DNA of 64,000 bases, taken from IMG/VR virus record IMGVR_UViG_3300043395_000996, positions 1-64,000 of that record; one strand, 5' to 3'. Under the pieces are notes generated by a model that did not search any database, had not been told where the DNA came from, and was given only the letters and a program-made list of their open reading frames with translations. Below are positions 6,955-15,880 of the stretch, one piece after another. The DNA is from a virus. The translations under genes and the position numbers were made by a program. Each line of letters starts with the position of its first letter. The first letter of the stretch is position 1.

Positions 6955-7706
6955 TTCTTAATTAAATTTTTATTTTTTAAAATACTTTGAGTTGCTACCC
7001 AACTTTTACCAATTGCATTATTAATAGGTTCTTTGATAAATCTATTAACTGCTTTTTCTATATCAGATGTTATATTGTTACCTGATTTTGTATTATCAAT
7101 AATACGGAAATTTCCACCAAATACACTTTGGAATGCTCCTAAATTATGCTGACATTCTTTCCAAATTTCACTAACCAATGTTTCCGGCAAACTTCTACTT
7201 CTCATTTTGTTTCTCTCTTGAGCAACTTCTAAAGAAGTATTTACAAATACCATATAACAATCATATCCTAATGATTCAGCTCTTTGCTTCTGTCTTTTAA
7301 TTTTATCAACATCATCACCCGTACCATCTATAATCATACCCAATCTACCTTCTTCATAAAAAGATTTGATTGATTGAGTGATTCCTTTACCGATTTCTCT
7401 CGGGCCAGATGAAGATTTAGTAATGAAATCCCAAAGTTCAGGTTGTTCTTTTTCAATTTTAGCCAAATCCTTTGGGTCTATACCATTCTTTTTTAATTGT
7501 GCTTCAAATGCCGTGTCCGAATTTACACTTTTTAAGCCAGATGCAGATACTGATGTTAATCCTTTACCTATACCAAATAAATCACCAGCTACTTTGGATT
7601 TACCACTACCAGGTCCTCCTGCTAAAAATATACATTTTAGGATACCGGGGTCATATACTCCTTCGTTTAATACAGGCGGATTTAATAGGTCTTTTAACTT
7701 AATCAT
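6951..7706 (-). CDS. P-loop kinase, zeta-toxin/AAA_33 family
   Basis: IFLAGGPGSGKS Walker A, VNSD, IIDGTG, VFVNTSLEVAQERN..R. Confidence 0.82.
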   Translation of the reverse strand: MIKLKDLLNPPVLNEGVYDPGILKCIFLAGGPGSGKSKVAGDLFGIGKGLTSVSASGLKSVNSDTAFEAQLKKNGIDPKDLAKIEKEQPELWDFITKSSSGPREIGKGITQSIKSFYEEGRLGMIIDGTGDDVDKIKRQKQRAESLGYDCYMVFVNTSLEVAQERNKMRSRSLPETLVSEIWKECQHNLGAFQSVFGGNFRIIDNTKSGNNITSDIEKAVNRFIKEPINNAIGKSWVATQSILKNKNLIKK

Positions 7707-8098
7707 TATCTTACATCAAATTTTTCTATAATTGCAATTGCTGCATCAATATGTTTAACTGCTTCTTTACTATAAGGTGCAATGTTATGTCTAGCTTCTT
7801 TCAATCTATCTAAAGAAGTTTCTCTAGTCATATTATGCATTGTTGCTTCATGCACAACACCCTCTTTAAATCTTAATTTACTTAATGATTTAAGTGCATC
7901 ATTTAAATAAGTTTTATAATATTTTATAAGTTCTTCTTTTGTATCAAATGATATTTGCCCTTTACCTTTTTTTATATCATCTATCCAAAACGAATCAGAA
8001 TCTCTGTCAAAATCATAATATCCTATAAGGCTATTATTGTATCTTACTTGACCATTTTTTACAGTCCAATTCTCGTTTAATAAATCTTTTAGTTTCAT
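7706..8098 (-). CDS. Hypothetical protein (MKLKDLLNE N-terminus)
   Basis: 130-aa ORF, translationally coupled. Confidence 0.65.
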   Translation of the reverse strand: MKLKDLLNENWTVKNGQVRYNNSLIGYYDFDRDSDSFWIDDIKKGKGQISFDTKEELIKYYKTYLNDALKSLSKLRFKEGVVHEATMHNMTRETSLDRLKEARHNIAPYSKEAVKHIDAAIAIIEKFDVR

Positions 8099-8100
8099 TT

Positions 8101-8424
8101 CTATTGAATATATGCGTTTAATTCATAGGAATTTTTCATCCCATAAACTTGAATGTGAAGTTGTTTTCTCTGAACTTTACCATCTTTAGATAGTTCAATA
8201 CTAAATCTATTAGTCTTACCTTCCGATGGTTTACGAGGTCCCATTCCAATCTTTGTAAACGCATCATCATCGTTTATCTCATAACCTTGCTTTTCTGCAT
8301 ACTCTCTTGCAGCATTTATAGCAGATGTATATGATTTATGATAAGTTTCGTAATTTGATTTTGCTTCTTTCAAAGATGATTTAATCTTCTTTGAATTTGC
8401 TATAATCGATTTTAATGTTATCAT
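8101..8424 (-). CDS. Conserved phage hypothetical protein
   Basis: 107 aa; MITLKSII..LKEA start; LHIQVYGM..SYELNAYI C-terminus. Confidence 0.7.
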   Translation of the reverse strand: MITLKSIIANSKKIKSSLKEAKSNYETYHKSYTSAINAAREYAEKQGYEINDDDAFTKIGMGPRKPSEGKTNRFSIELSKDGKVQRKQLHIQVYGMKNSYELNAYIQ

Positions 8425-8458
8425 TTGATTCGAAGTTTCTTATAAATATAGAATAATA

Positions 8459-8833
8459 TTATAATCCAACAGAAGCCCATTCTAAATTAGCAAATCCACT
8501 ATCTCTTAAAACAGGTACTGCCAATGCTCTATCTCTATTTGGGTCTTTAGAAGAGTTGTTGTTAATTAAGATTCTTTCCTCTCTACCAATACCCATTACC
8601 ATTTGATGAAATTGAAATCCAGCGTTTCCCAATTGTCTAACAGTCAATCCTCTCAATGCTTCGGGTCTCGCAGTAGTGATTACAATATGATGTCCGGCTT
8701 CAATCCACTCTCTGAATTTCTCTCTAGCACCAGGCAATACTTCAAAATTGTTTTCGTTTAATTCATTAAAATCGACTTGCTTTAAAATAGTCCCGTCGAT
8801 ATCACAAAAAATAGTTTTTACATTTTTATTCAT
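8459..8833 (-). CDS. HAD-superfamily phosphatase
   Basis: IFCDIDGTI motif I, TTAR motif II; atypical motif IV (INNN). Confidence 0.78.
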   Translation of the reverse strand: MNKNVKTIFCDIDGTILKQVDFNELNENNFEVLPGAREKFREWIEAGHHIVITTARPEALRGLTVRQLGNAGFQFHQMVMGIGREERILINNNSSKDPNRDRALAVPVLRDSGFANLEWASVGL

Positions 8834-8855
8834 AACTCATCTTTCTTATTGACAA

Positions 8856-8887
8856 CAAATATACAAAAAAATAGTATATAAGTCAAG
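8856..8887 (-). promoter_or_regulatory. Early-type promoter
   Basis: CTTG(ACT)-N20-TATATTTG. Confidence 0.72.
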
Positions 8888-9015
8888 CTTTTATTAATAT
8901 TTTTTTAGTTCTTTTAAAAATAATATACCCATTACCCCCAATAGAGATAATAGGCATATTAAGTGGAATATATCAACTGCTACAGTCATATAATCCCAAA
9001 AATCATATACTGGCA

Positions 9016-9474
9016 TTACCAAGAAGAAGAATATTCAAAGCTATCCGCAGATTTGTCTGATAAACAATCTTCAATAATAGCAATAGTATTATCGATATCT
9101 TTGAAATACCACTCATCGTAATCCGTTCCTCCGAAGAAGAAACCACTAGCCGATGGTAACAATTCTTCAGCCAAAGAATTATCTTCTTTAACTTTCTTAC
9201 ATACCTCCAATAGAGTTTCCAATGTTTCTCTACTTACCCAATATGAACCACAATCATCCGTTCCACGTTGTACATTTTCAACAAACCAGCGATGGATTTG
9301 ATTAGCTTTACGCCAATAACCAACCTCTTCAACTACATAAGTAATTCTTTCTGGCTTAATATACTTATCAATCTCACCACCCGTTTTAACGGTCACTTCA
9401 TTAACAAATTCCGGCTTATAAAAATCGCCTTGTCTAATGTAGTTCTTTTTGTACAAATACATGTCTAATCCCAT
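9016..9474 (-). CDS. Conserved phage hypothetical protein (MGLDMYL/YWRKANQIH family)
   Basis: Characteristic MGLDMYL, GYWRKANQIHRWF, GFFFG..YDEWY motifs. Confidence 0.75.
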   Translation of the reverse strand: MGLDMYLYKKNYIRQGDFYKPEFVNEVTVKTGGEIDKYIKPERITYVVEEVGYWRKANQIHRWFVENVQRGTDDCGSYWVSRETLETLLEVCKKVKEDNSLAEELLPSASGFFFGGTDYDEWYFKDIDNTIAIIEDCLSDKSADSFEYSSSW

Positions 9475-9495
9475 AATTTTAAATTTTAAAGTTTA

Positions 9496-9774
9496 TTAAT
9501 TTAATCTATAATCCAATTGTTCAGCGTAACATTGTTTGTTACAAACTGCTAATAATTTTAAATACTGAATACATTGTCCATCTGCTCTGGTTGCTGCCGC
9601 ATATAAATCGTTAGCCACAACTGATTGAACAAAACTACCACCTTCATATGAACTCTTATCACGAGTACACATAATTGAAACCATAATATCCAAAATGTGG
9701 TCACTTACATTTTCATAACCCCATTCTTTAGCGAATAACACCGCTCTTTTTCTACATTTTTCTCTGATATCCAT
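9496..9774 (-). CDS. Hypothetical protein
   Basis: 92-aa ORF in early gene run. Confidence 0.7.
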   Translation of the reverse strand: MDIREKCRKRAVLFAKEWGYENVSDHILDIMVSIMCTRDKSSYEGGSFVQSVVANDLYAAATRADGQCIQYLKLLAVCNKQCYAEQLDYRLN

Positions 9775-9775
9775 A

Positions 9776-10363
9776 TTAAACTAATTTTAATGCTTTCTCA
9801 ATATTTGATTCCGAATAACCATATCCTTTAGCCTTAACGATGGCGTTTTCCAAAGTAAGAGGACCGAACACATACTCACCAGCGATTAACCCTTTCAAAC
9901 ATTTAACTGCCGATGGCCAGCTTCCATGCGGAGCGTAGTTGTTACAATGAACATACTTAGCGTAAGATTCTAATTTAGTACCATTATCGGTTTCAAATGC
10001 ATCGCTGTATTCGTAGATATCATCATAACCATTGTATCTACCACCCGATAATGCATTAACGAAAGAGGAAATTGATTTCCATTCCGAAGTTTCATAACCT
10101 AAATCTGAACCATCAGGGTTACATACATAAACTGAAACTGAATTACCATTAGCGAAAGTTTCAGATGAAGCCCACACTAACAAATTAGGGAAGTTTTTCT
10201 TAACGAATTGTTTAGAAATAGAAGCAACTTCCTTACGTCCAATAGTGATGTAAGGAGTTTCTAAAGGTTTACCCCAATAATCGGTAGTTTTTAAACACTC
10301 CGATGGAACTTCACACGCTAATCCTTTGAAATTAAATTTGATTTTGTTTTTCATAACTCTCAT
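9776..10363 (-). CDS. LPD29-like (large polyvalent protein-associated) domain protein
   Basis: K..FP...V..SS..FANG.SV.V...G.YNGYDDIYEY pattern; start probably MKNK. Confidence 0.55.
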   Translation of the reverse strand: MRVMKNKIKFNFKGLACEVPSECLKTTDYWGKPLETPYITIGRKEVASISKQFVKKNFPNLLVWASSETFANGNSVSVYVCNPDGSDLGYETSEWKSISSFVNALSGGRYNGYDDIYEYSDAFETDNGTKLESYAKYVHCNNYAPHGSWPSAVKCLKGLIAGEYVFGPLTLENAIVKAKGYGYSESNIEKALKLV

Positions 10364-10377
10364 TTTTTATTACATAG

Positions 10378-10409
10378 TAAATGTACGAAATTCTCCCGAT
10401 ATAGCAAAA
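10378..10409 (-). promoter_or_regulatory. Early-type promoter
   Basis: TTTG/TTTT element about 20 nt upstream of TACATTTA. Confidence 0.6.
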
Positions 10410-10564
10410 TATTTTACCAATTATTTTTAATAAAAATTAAAATATTTTTAGATATTACCCACATTATAATACGTTTAAAACCCACAGAAACACCCCAAAT
10501 TTCCCCTCAATTACCCCAATAAGGTCACTAATCCACTCATTATATGGTAGCTTTTTATATACAA

Positions 10565-10612
10565 AACCCATTGAAAATCAATGAGTTATAACTAATTGAT
10601 AATCAACGGGTT
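10565..10612. repeat. Tandem palindrome pair TTGAWWWTCAA, copy 1
   Basis: Cores at 10571 and 10596, 25 bp apart. Confidence 0.8.
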
Positions 10613-10961
10613 ATGATTTAACCTTATTTATATGTTTACAATCTTTACCTCTACCCCAACCAAATGCCGGGCAACTACAACTCCATACCCCACCATTATT
10701 TATTACATTGTATTTATTACCTTTACTACCTTCAACTAAAAAAGTTTGTTTTTTTGGTAGTGATACTACTGATTTTTGTTTATTTATAAACTTATCTTTT
10801 ACCCACATTTTAGCCAACTCTTCCCAACTATATCTTCTATCAACTTTAACCCATCCTAATTTTGAATCGGTAGTTGCTATATACCATTGACCATCTACTA
10901 CTGATTGAATACATACAGGTGGTAATAATGAATTAATAATCATATTATAAGTTTTTAACAA
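10611..10961 (-). CDS. SWIM zinc-finger protein
   Basis: WSCSCPAF...CKHI CxCxnCxH motif. Confidence 0.82.
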   Translation of the reverse strand: MLKTYNMIINSLLPPVCIQSVVDGQWYIATTDSKLGWVKVDRRYSWEELAKMWVKDKFINKQKSVVSLPKKQTFLVEGSKGNKYNVINNGGVWSCSCPAFGWGRGKDCKHINKVKS

Positions 10962-11493
10962 ATTTTACAAAATTTTCTAAATTGGTTCTATTGATTGGTT
11001 TATAAAACTCATCTCTCCAAATTGGCTTTTTTGGGCTTCTCTTACCATCACACAGATAAAAAATGTTATCAATATTACCTTCATCCATATAATAGTTATA
11101 TGCGGTTTCACCAACTGCATCTTCTAATGCCAGAACAAAGGTTTTGGGTTTTTCTTTTATTCCTCGTTTGATTCTACCAAAGTCAGAACTTGCTCTCTCC
11201 ATAAAACATCTATCTAAATATGCCTTACATTCACCCAAACCCTTCAATCCATCGGCATATAAATGTCTATCGACCTGAAACTTTAGAATGTATCCGTTTT
11301 TAGATTTAGATTCCACAAAATCATTCTTTTTGGATTCTCCGCCACGTTCGGTTGTCCAAATTAAATCCAATAGTAATTCTACCGAATCTTTCATTGTAGA
11401 ACGAACCATTCCCATCTCTCCTTTCTTACCCCACTTATTAGCTTCTGATAACTTTGATTCAAAAAAATCTATGTAAGTTTGTATGTTATTCAT
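10945..11493 (-). CDS. Putative PD-(D/E)XK restriction-endonuclease-like protein
   Basis: QVDRH...GECKAYLD motif. Confidence 0.5.
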   Translation of the reverse strand: MNNIQTYIDFFESKLSEANKWGKKGEMGMVRSTMKDSVELLLDLIWTTERGGESKKNDFVESKSKNGYILKFQVDRHLYADGLKGLGECKAYLDRCFMERASSDFGRIKRGIKEKPKTFVLALEDAVGETAYNYYMDEGNIDNIFYLCDGKRSPKKPIWRDEFYKPINRTNLENFVKFVKNL

Positions 11494-11494
11494 A

Positions 11495-11707
11495 TTATCT
11501 ATATAATGTTACGAAATGTCCAAAATGCTTATCAAAAGTATTTACTAAATGCTCATAATCCTTCTCTTTCATTTCTTCACACACTTTTTCAGAATTCAAT
11601 CCTAATTGTCGTGCTAACTTAACAGCTGTTCCTAATAAGAAAAATGCGTTACCCTGCGGACCTGTTAAATCAATTTCAATGCCTGTTTGTTTTTTACTCT
11701 TTATCAT
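11495..11707 (-). CDS. Conserved phage protein (IDLTGPQGNAF family)
   Basis: Motif IDLTGPQGNAFFLLG...M...DYEHLV..FDK.FG. Confidence 0.75.
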   Translation of the reverse strand: MIKSKKQTGIEIDLTGPQGNAFFLLGTAVKLARQLGLNSEKVCEEMKEKDYEHLVNTFDKHFGHFVTLYR

Positions 11708-11724
11708 ATTTTAAATTTTAAATT

Positions 11725-11958
11725 TTACCAACACATCATATTACCTACCAAATCCCAACTTTTAGCTTCGCTAGCAGTTGCTTTGTGGAGTGTATTATAA
11801 TCCACTTCCAAACTGAATTTACGTTTTACTTCCGCTTTGAACTCTTTAAGGTTCTTAGCCCAAATTTGGTTAAACCCACCACCTACCCAATTGAATTGGT
11901 AGCGATATTCACCTTTTGAATTTTTTAACAATTTCTCTCTTTTAATTGATGCTCTCAT
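11725..11958 (-). CDS. Hypothetical protein
   Basis: 77-aa ORF. Confidence 0.65.
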   Translation of the reverse strand: MRASIKREKLLKNSKGEYRYQFNWVGGGFNQIWAKNLKEFKAEVKRKFSLEVDYNTLHKATASEAKSWDLVGNMMCW

Positions 11959-11976
11959 AGTTTTATATTTTAAATT

Positions 11977-12213
11977 TTAAGAATTTAACCATTGTTCGTA
12001 AATGTAATCATAATCGTGACCGGTGATTTCGGAGAATTTCTCAAATACCCTCTCTCTCACTATACTGTCATATACACCCAAATACTCATAAATTAAACCA
12101 CTACGAATGATTACCCATAAGTCAGTAAAATTGGCTTTAGGATTAATTTCAACACCCAAATCATCGGTTGGGTAGGCCTCACAATAAAATTCTTTGATAT
12201 TCATAACTCTCAT
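11977..12213 (-). CDS. Hypothetical protein
   Basis: 78-aa ORF after promoter; YPTDDLG..IN...F..L, DS.VRE.VF pattern. Confidence 0.7.
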   Translation of the reverse strand: MRVMNIKEFYCEAYPTDDLGVEINPKANFTDLWVIIRSGLIYEYLGVYDSIVRERVFEKFSEITGHDYDYIYEQWLNS

Positions 12214-12227
12214 TTTTGATTACAGAA

Positions 12228-12259
12228 TAAAGGTACGCAATTTGGAGCAAAAAGTCAAG
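12228..12259 (-). promoter_or_regulatory. Early-type promoter
   Basis: CTTG(ACT)-N20-TACCTTTA. Confidence 0.7.
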
Positions 12260-12276
12260 CTTTTTCTTAATTATTT

Positions 12277-12657
12277 TTACACCATTGGAAATCCAGCTGC
12301 CGAATTTGTTGTTGAAGGTAATTTGGGAGCCCAACCTCGTGAATGCCCACTAAAATGTTTTCTACCATATGCAGACATCTTAACCGGATTAGTACTGATT
12401 GAGTCCCACGAACTTTCCCACTTATCTGGCATAATAGCATCTTCGATTAAAACAAACGTACCACCATCGGTTTTAGTACCCACCTTCTCAACATTCTTAA
12501 CCTTAAATTTACGGAATGTATTTTTACGATTAATCTTATCTACTTCGATAAACAATATTGAGCGAGAATTTGCTTTACAAACTTTAAGATTTTTAGAAGC
12601 AACTTTACCATTTTTTGAAACAATCACTTCAACGATTTTACCAATTAGATTTTCCAT
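12277..12657 (-). CDS. Hypothetical protein
   Basis: 126-aa ORF. Confidence 0.65.
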   Translation of the reverse strand: MENLIGKIVEVIVSKNGKVASKNLKVCKANSRSILFIEVDKINRKNTFRKFKVKNVEKVGTKTDGGTFVLIEDAIMPDKWESSWDSISTNPVKMSAYGRKHFSGHSRGWAPKLPSTTNSAAGFPMV

Positions 12658-12672
12658 ATTTTTATGTTTATA

Positions 12673-12912
12673 TTAGAAATAATAAGCGTTCCAAATACGA
12701 GATATCGGAGCCTCATATCGATGTCCGGCAGTATAATTTTGAGAAGCTGCCCAGCTTCCCACATAAGGAGATTCTACCACCTCCATAATACATACTCCAC
12801 CATTTCGGGTCTCATCTATGGCGATTAATTTTGCTCGTAAGGTTGGGGAAAGATTTTCCGAAACACTCTTACCAATTACTGCTCTTAATTCTGTGATTTT
12901 GATATTTTCCAT
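12673..12912 (-). CDS. Hypothetical protein
   Basis: 79-aa ORF. Confidence 0.65.
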   Translation of the reverse strand: MENIKITELRAVIGKSVSENLSPTLRAKLIAIDETRNGGVCIMEVVESPYVGSWAASQNYTAGHRYEAPISRIWNAYYF

Positions 12913-12924
12913 AACTCTTATATT

Positions 12925-12999
12925 TTAGTAACCTAACATTTTTAAAATTCTGAATCCGATAAAAACTAAATCGTTAAACTGATAAATTATTGATTTCAT
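12925..12999 (-). CDS. Possible 24-aa hydrophobic micro-ORF (MKSIIYQFNDLVFIGFRILKMLGY)
   Basis: First ORF after the promoter at 13020-13051; below ORF-track cutoff. Confidence 0.35.
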   Translation of the reverse strand: MKSIIYQFNDLVFIGFRILKMLGY

Positions 13000-13019
13000 A
13001 TGTCTCACTCAATTACCCT

Positions 13020-13051
13020 GCAATATACGAAAAAATACAATACAAGTCAAG
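13020..13051 (-). promoter_or_regulatory. Early-type promoter
   Basis: CTTG(ACT)-N20-TATATTGC. Confidence 0.6.
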
Positions 13052-13058
13052 CTTTTTC

Positions 13059-13358
13059 TTAAATATTTTTTACATAAATTGGTTTACCATCCCATTGATT
13101 ACCATTCAAATACCAATTATAATTTTTTTGGTAAATACCAACACCAGGCAATCCATTTAATCGTTCTTTTGTGGTTTTACTAAACCAACCGGCATTACTA
13201 ATCCACATCTTACCATCGGATTCTAAAGCGGCGATTTTATTACCATGCAATTTTAAATAATAGATACTACCTTCTCTACTTACTTCCATATTTGATTTTT
13301 TAAATGGAACGCCATCTAAAAAATTTCTAACTGATTCAATTGTGATTTTCTTACTCAT
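13059..13358 (-). CDS. Conserved phage hypothetical protein
   Basis: LHGNKIA...SNAGW.SKTTKERLNGL motif. Confidence 0.72.
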   Translation of the reverse strand: MSKKITIESVRNFLDGVPFKKSNMEVSREGSIYYLKLHGNKIAALESDGKMWISNAGWFSKTTKERLNGLPGVGIYQKNYNWYLNGNQWDGKPIYVKNI

Positions 13359-13377
13359 AACTAATTGTTTTTAATGA

Positions 13378-13725
13378 TTAAAGATACGATGGTCCGTGAA
13401 CTCCATATTTAGCACTACCATCGATGATATTACCTCTACTATGTTTTGCCGGAGCTTTCCACGTTGCCGGTTTTAATAAGTCACCTTTCTTAATTGGTGC
13501 ACCTTTTAAATCACCATCAACTCTACTGATAAATCCCCAACACATTGTACCGTCCCATAAACGAATAAATTTATTACCAATTTCAATAGTCAATTCTTTG
13601 TATTGATTTGGCATATCAGCTTTAACATAATAATCTTTACGTTCACTATTTACCATATTAATCCAATTATTTACTATCGGATTTGATTCTAAATAATCTA
13701 ATGCTTTTTGATTTGTAGTTCTCAT
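13378..13725 (-). CDS. Conserved phage hypothetical protein
   Basis: GDLLKPATWKAPAKHSRGNI motif seen in many myovirus early genes. Confidence 0.72.
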   Translation of the reverse strand: MRTTNQKALDYLESNPIVNNWINMVNSERKDYYVKADMPNQYKELTIEIGNKFIRLWDGTMCWGFISRVDGDLKGAPIKKGDLLKPATWKAPAKHSRGNIIDGSAKYGVHGPSYL

Positions 13726-13749
13726 AACTTATTTTTTAATGTTTGTGAA

Positions 13750-14109
13750 TTAAAGACCTTGCTCTCTTCGTAAATCGTATTCTTCTTTATCAATTTCTGA
13801 ATACTCTACCACTTTCAAATAAGGTTTAAAATCGGTTTGATAATAACCATTAAGGTTAGCCAAACGAATCATATTATCAATGAAAGATTTTCGAACATAA
13901 GTCATATCCGATGAACCAAAACCCTGGTCAGAAGGCCAATCTGAATAATCTTCAGCAACATCTTCTAAAGCGGAAAACACCGCATCTGAATAAGTGATAA
14001 CTCTATTAACATACTTACCATTTGTAGGGAAAGCATTTTTAATAATATCAAAACCTTCTACTAATTGAGAAGAAGCAAGAACCGAATTAAGATTGAAAGG
14101 TAAACTCAT
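13750..14109 (-). CDS. Hypothetical protein
   Basis: 119-aa ORF after promoter. Confidence 0.68.
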   Translation of the reverse strand: MSLPFNLNSVLASSQLVEGFDIIKNAFPTNGKYVNRVITYSDAVFSALEDVAEDYSDWPSDQGFGSSDMTYVRKSFIDNMIRLANLNGYYQTDFKPYLKVVEYSEIDKEEYDLRREQGL

Positions 14110-14130
14110 AACTTTATTTATTTAAGGTGA

Positions 14131-14182
14131 TTAATAACTCATTTACTTTGTAAATATACAGAAAATACCCGAGTCCGCCAAA
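14131..14182 (-). promoter_or_regulatory. Early-type promoter within a 31-bp direct repeat shared with 16283-16313
   Basis: TTTG-N20-TATATTTA; exact repeat ttaataactcatttactttgtaaatatacag. Confidence 0.78.
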
Positions 14183-14232
14183 TATTTTATCGATTATTTT
14201 TGGAAAATTCGAAAATTTTTGTAATATTTCAT

Positions 14233-14281
14233 AACGTGTTGATAATCAGTATTTTATAAGTTATTGATAATCAATTAGTTA
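14233..14281. repeat. Tandem palindrome pair TTGAWWWTCAA, copy 2
   Basis: Cores at 14239 (TTGATAATCAG) and 14264, 25 bp apart. Confidence 0.75.
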
Positions 14282-14848
14282 TTAACGACCGTAAGGTGCT
14301 TCATTGAATGTTTTATAACGATTATCAGCCACTACCCAATTGTGTAAGCCGGCTATCTTTACTACATAATTACCACCGACGGTTTTAACTAAATATCTAC
14401 GGGTAGGTCGATTCTTATAAGGTATTCTCAAATTAGCCAATATATGTGAGAAACTATTTGAACCAAATGTTTTCTTATAAAAATCATTCATTTCGGTATA
14501 GGTAGCATCGCCCTGTCTTTCTACCATATCCAAAATAGCTTGTGTAACACCTTTTGGTTTTTTAACCACTTCTAATTCATTCATTACACCTTTTAACATC
14601 ATAGCTATTTTGTATTCTTCATCAGCTTCATCGTTGGTTACATAATGCGAATCACCATATCTTTGCTCATCTTGTTCAACTACTGATAAATAATCTTGCT
14701 CCTCTTCTTCAGCTAACTTACGATTTAATTCATCATACACTTTGTTTAATAAAGATACATTTAATTCTTTATCACACATTAATCCTTTAGAGGCGGAAAT
14801 ACCTAACGAATAAATGAGTTCGTTTAACTCTTTAATAGTAAAATTCAT
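14282..14848 (-). CDS. Hypothetical protein, possible C-terminal winged-helix
   Basis: 188 aa; VTQAILDMVERQGDATYTEM..F pattern. Confidence 0.6.
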   Translation of the reverse strand: MNFTIKELNELIYSLGISASKGLMCDKELNVSLLNKVYDELNRKLAEEEEQDYLSVVEQDEQRYGDSHYVTNDEADEEYKIAMMLKGVMNELEVVKKPKGVTQAILDMVERQGDATYTEMNDFYKKTFGSNSFSHILANLRIPYKNRPTRRYLVKTVGGNYVVKIAGLHNWVVADNRYKTFNEAPYGR

Positions 14849-14851
14849 AGT

Positions 14852-15157
14852 TTATTTTTTAAAATTTATTGCTGATTCAATTTGGTCTGGTGTTTCATTT
14901 ACATAATAACAATCGCCTGTTATTATTTTTATTTCAGTCCTACTATCATCGCTCCATCTATAAATACATTCTACATAAGACATATTAATTTTTATAGGTC
15001 TTGCTTCTCCAAATCTAATATCGGTTAATTCTATTAACATAGGTTTTTTATTTTGATATAAATAATGTTTGCTTCGTTTAGTTTCGGTTTCATCACTTCT
15101 ATTCCAATTGGATGTAAGTTGATTCTGAAACATTGTTGATGCTAAAAATGGAATCAT
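14852..15157 (-). CDS. Small protein with FlbD-like C-terminal domain (start possibly 15040)
   Basis: MLIELT...INMSYVECI...TEI.I.TG..YYVNETPDQI pattern. Confidence 0.5.
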   Translation of the reverse strand: MIPFLASTMFQNQLTSNWNRSDETETKRSKHYLYQNKKPMLIELTDIRFGEARPIKINMSYVECIYRWSDDSRTEIKIITGDCYYVNETPDQIESAINFKK

Positions 15158-15166
15158 ATACTTTTT

Positions 15167-15412
15167 TTAATTGTGTTTCATTCCCTTACATACACCATAA
15201 CCTTGTCTTTGTGATAATCGAATAAGGTTTTCGGCTACATCTTTAGGAACGATTTGAATAGTGTTGCCAGTTTTGTGGTTTGTTATAGGTACACCACCTA
15301 CCCTTTCAGTTGTACTACAATTAACACACGATTTGTAACCATACTTTGTTAAACGAAGAAGGGGCATCGGCCCCTTACATTTCGTACAAACAGTCATTTC
15401 TAATACTTTCAT
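15167..15412 (-). CDS. C4 zinc-finger protein, TraR/DksA-like
   Basis: CTKCKGPMPLLRL...CVNCS; start re-called to avoid overlap with 15414. Confidence 0.65.
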   Translation of the reverse strand: MKVLEMTVCTKCKGPMPLLRLTKYGYKSCVNCSTTERVGGVPITNHKTGNTIQIVPKDVAENLIRLSQRQGYGVCKGMKHN

Positions 15413-15413
15413 A

Positions 15414-15878
15414 TTAAGCAATTTTGTGATAGATAGTTTCACCATTACTGAATTGAGCAGTAACACCTAACTTATCTGAATATTGTGAATAAATGTTTTC
15501 AATAAATTCTACATACCCGTCAACCAATGATTTAACTTCAGGCGTAGTTTCCCACTCATCTTCTTCGTATCCATTAAGATAACAACGAACATGCCAATCT
15601 AAATTACAACCATCATAGTAACCACTACGAATAACAGGCGTAACGAATACTTCTACCTCATCTTCATCCACTACAATGGAATTACTGAATGAACCTATTG
15701 AAGTAGATGGATATGAACGTAACTCATTTGGGTCTGATTTAGCTGAATCTGAATAATCGTTGTGAATATCGAATTCGGCTTTTAAGTTATAGATTAAATC
15801 ATCATATGCCCATTCATCTTCTAATTGAACGGCGAAAATATTTGAAGCATTTACATTGTGAAAATTTGAAGTAGCCAT
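15414..15878 (-). CDS. Acidic hypothetical protein
   Basis: 154 aa; IRSGYYDGCNLDW motif. Confidence 0.68.
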   Translation of the reverse strand: MATSNFHNVNASNIFAVQLEDEWAYDDLIYNLKAEFDIHNDYSDSAKSDPNELRSYPSTSIGSFSNSIVVDEDEVEVFVTPVIRSGYYDGCNLDWHVRCYLNGYEEDEWETTPEVKSLVDGYVEFIENIYSQYSDKLGVTAQFSNGETIYHKIA

Positions 15879-15880
15879 AG

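Noticed and set aside
6951-7706. Zeta toxin-antitoxin module
   Set aside because: No epsilon-like antitoxin is adjacent, and the N-terminal tag suggests a different role. Kept only as a P-loop kinase.
8880-8990. 35-aa hydrophobic micro-ORF MTVAVDIFHL...
   Set aside because: Its 3' end overlaps the upstream element of the 8856 promoter, and it has no supporting start context or motif.
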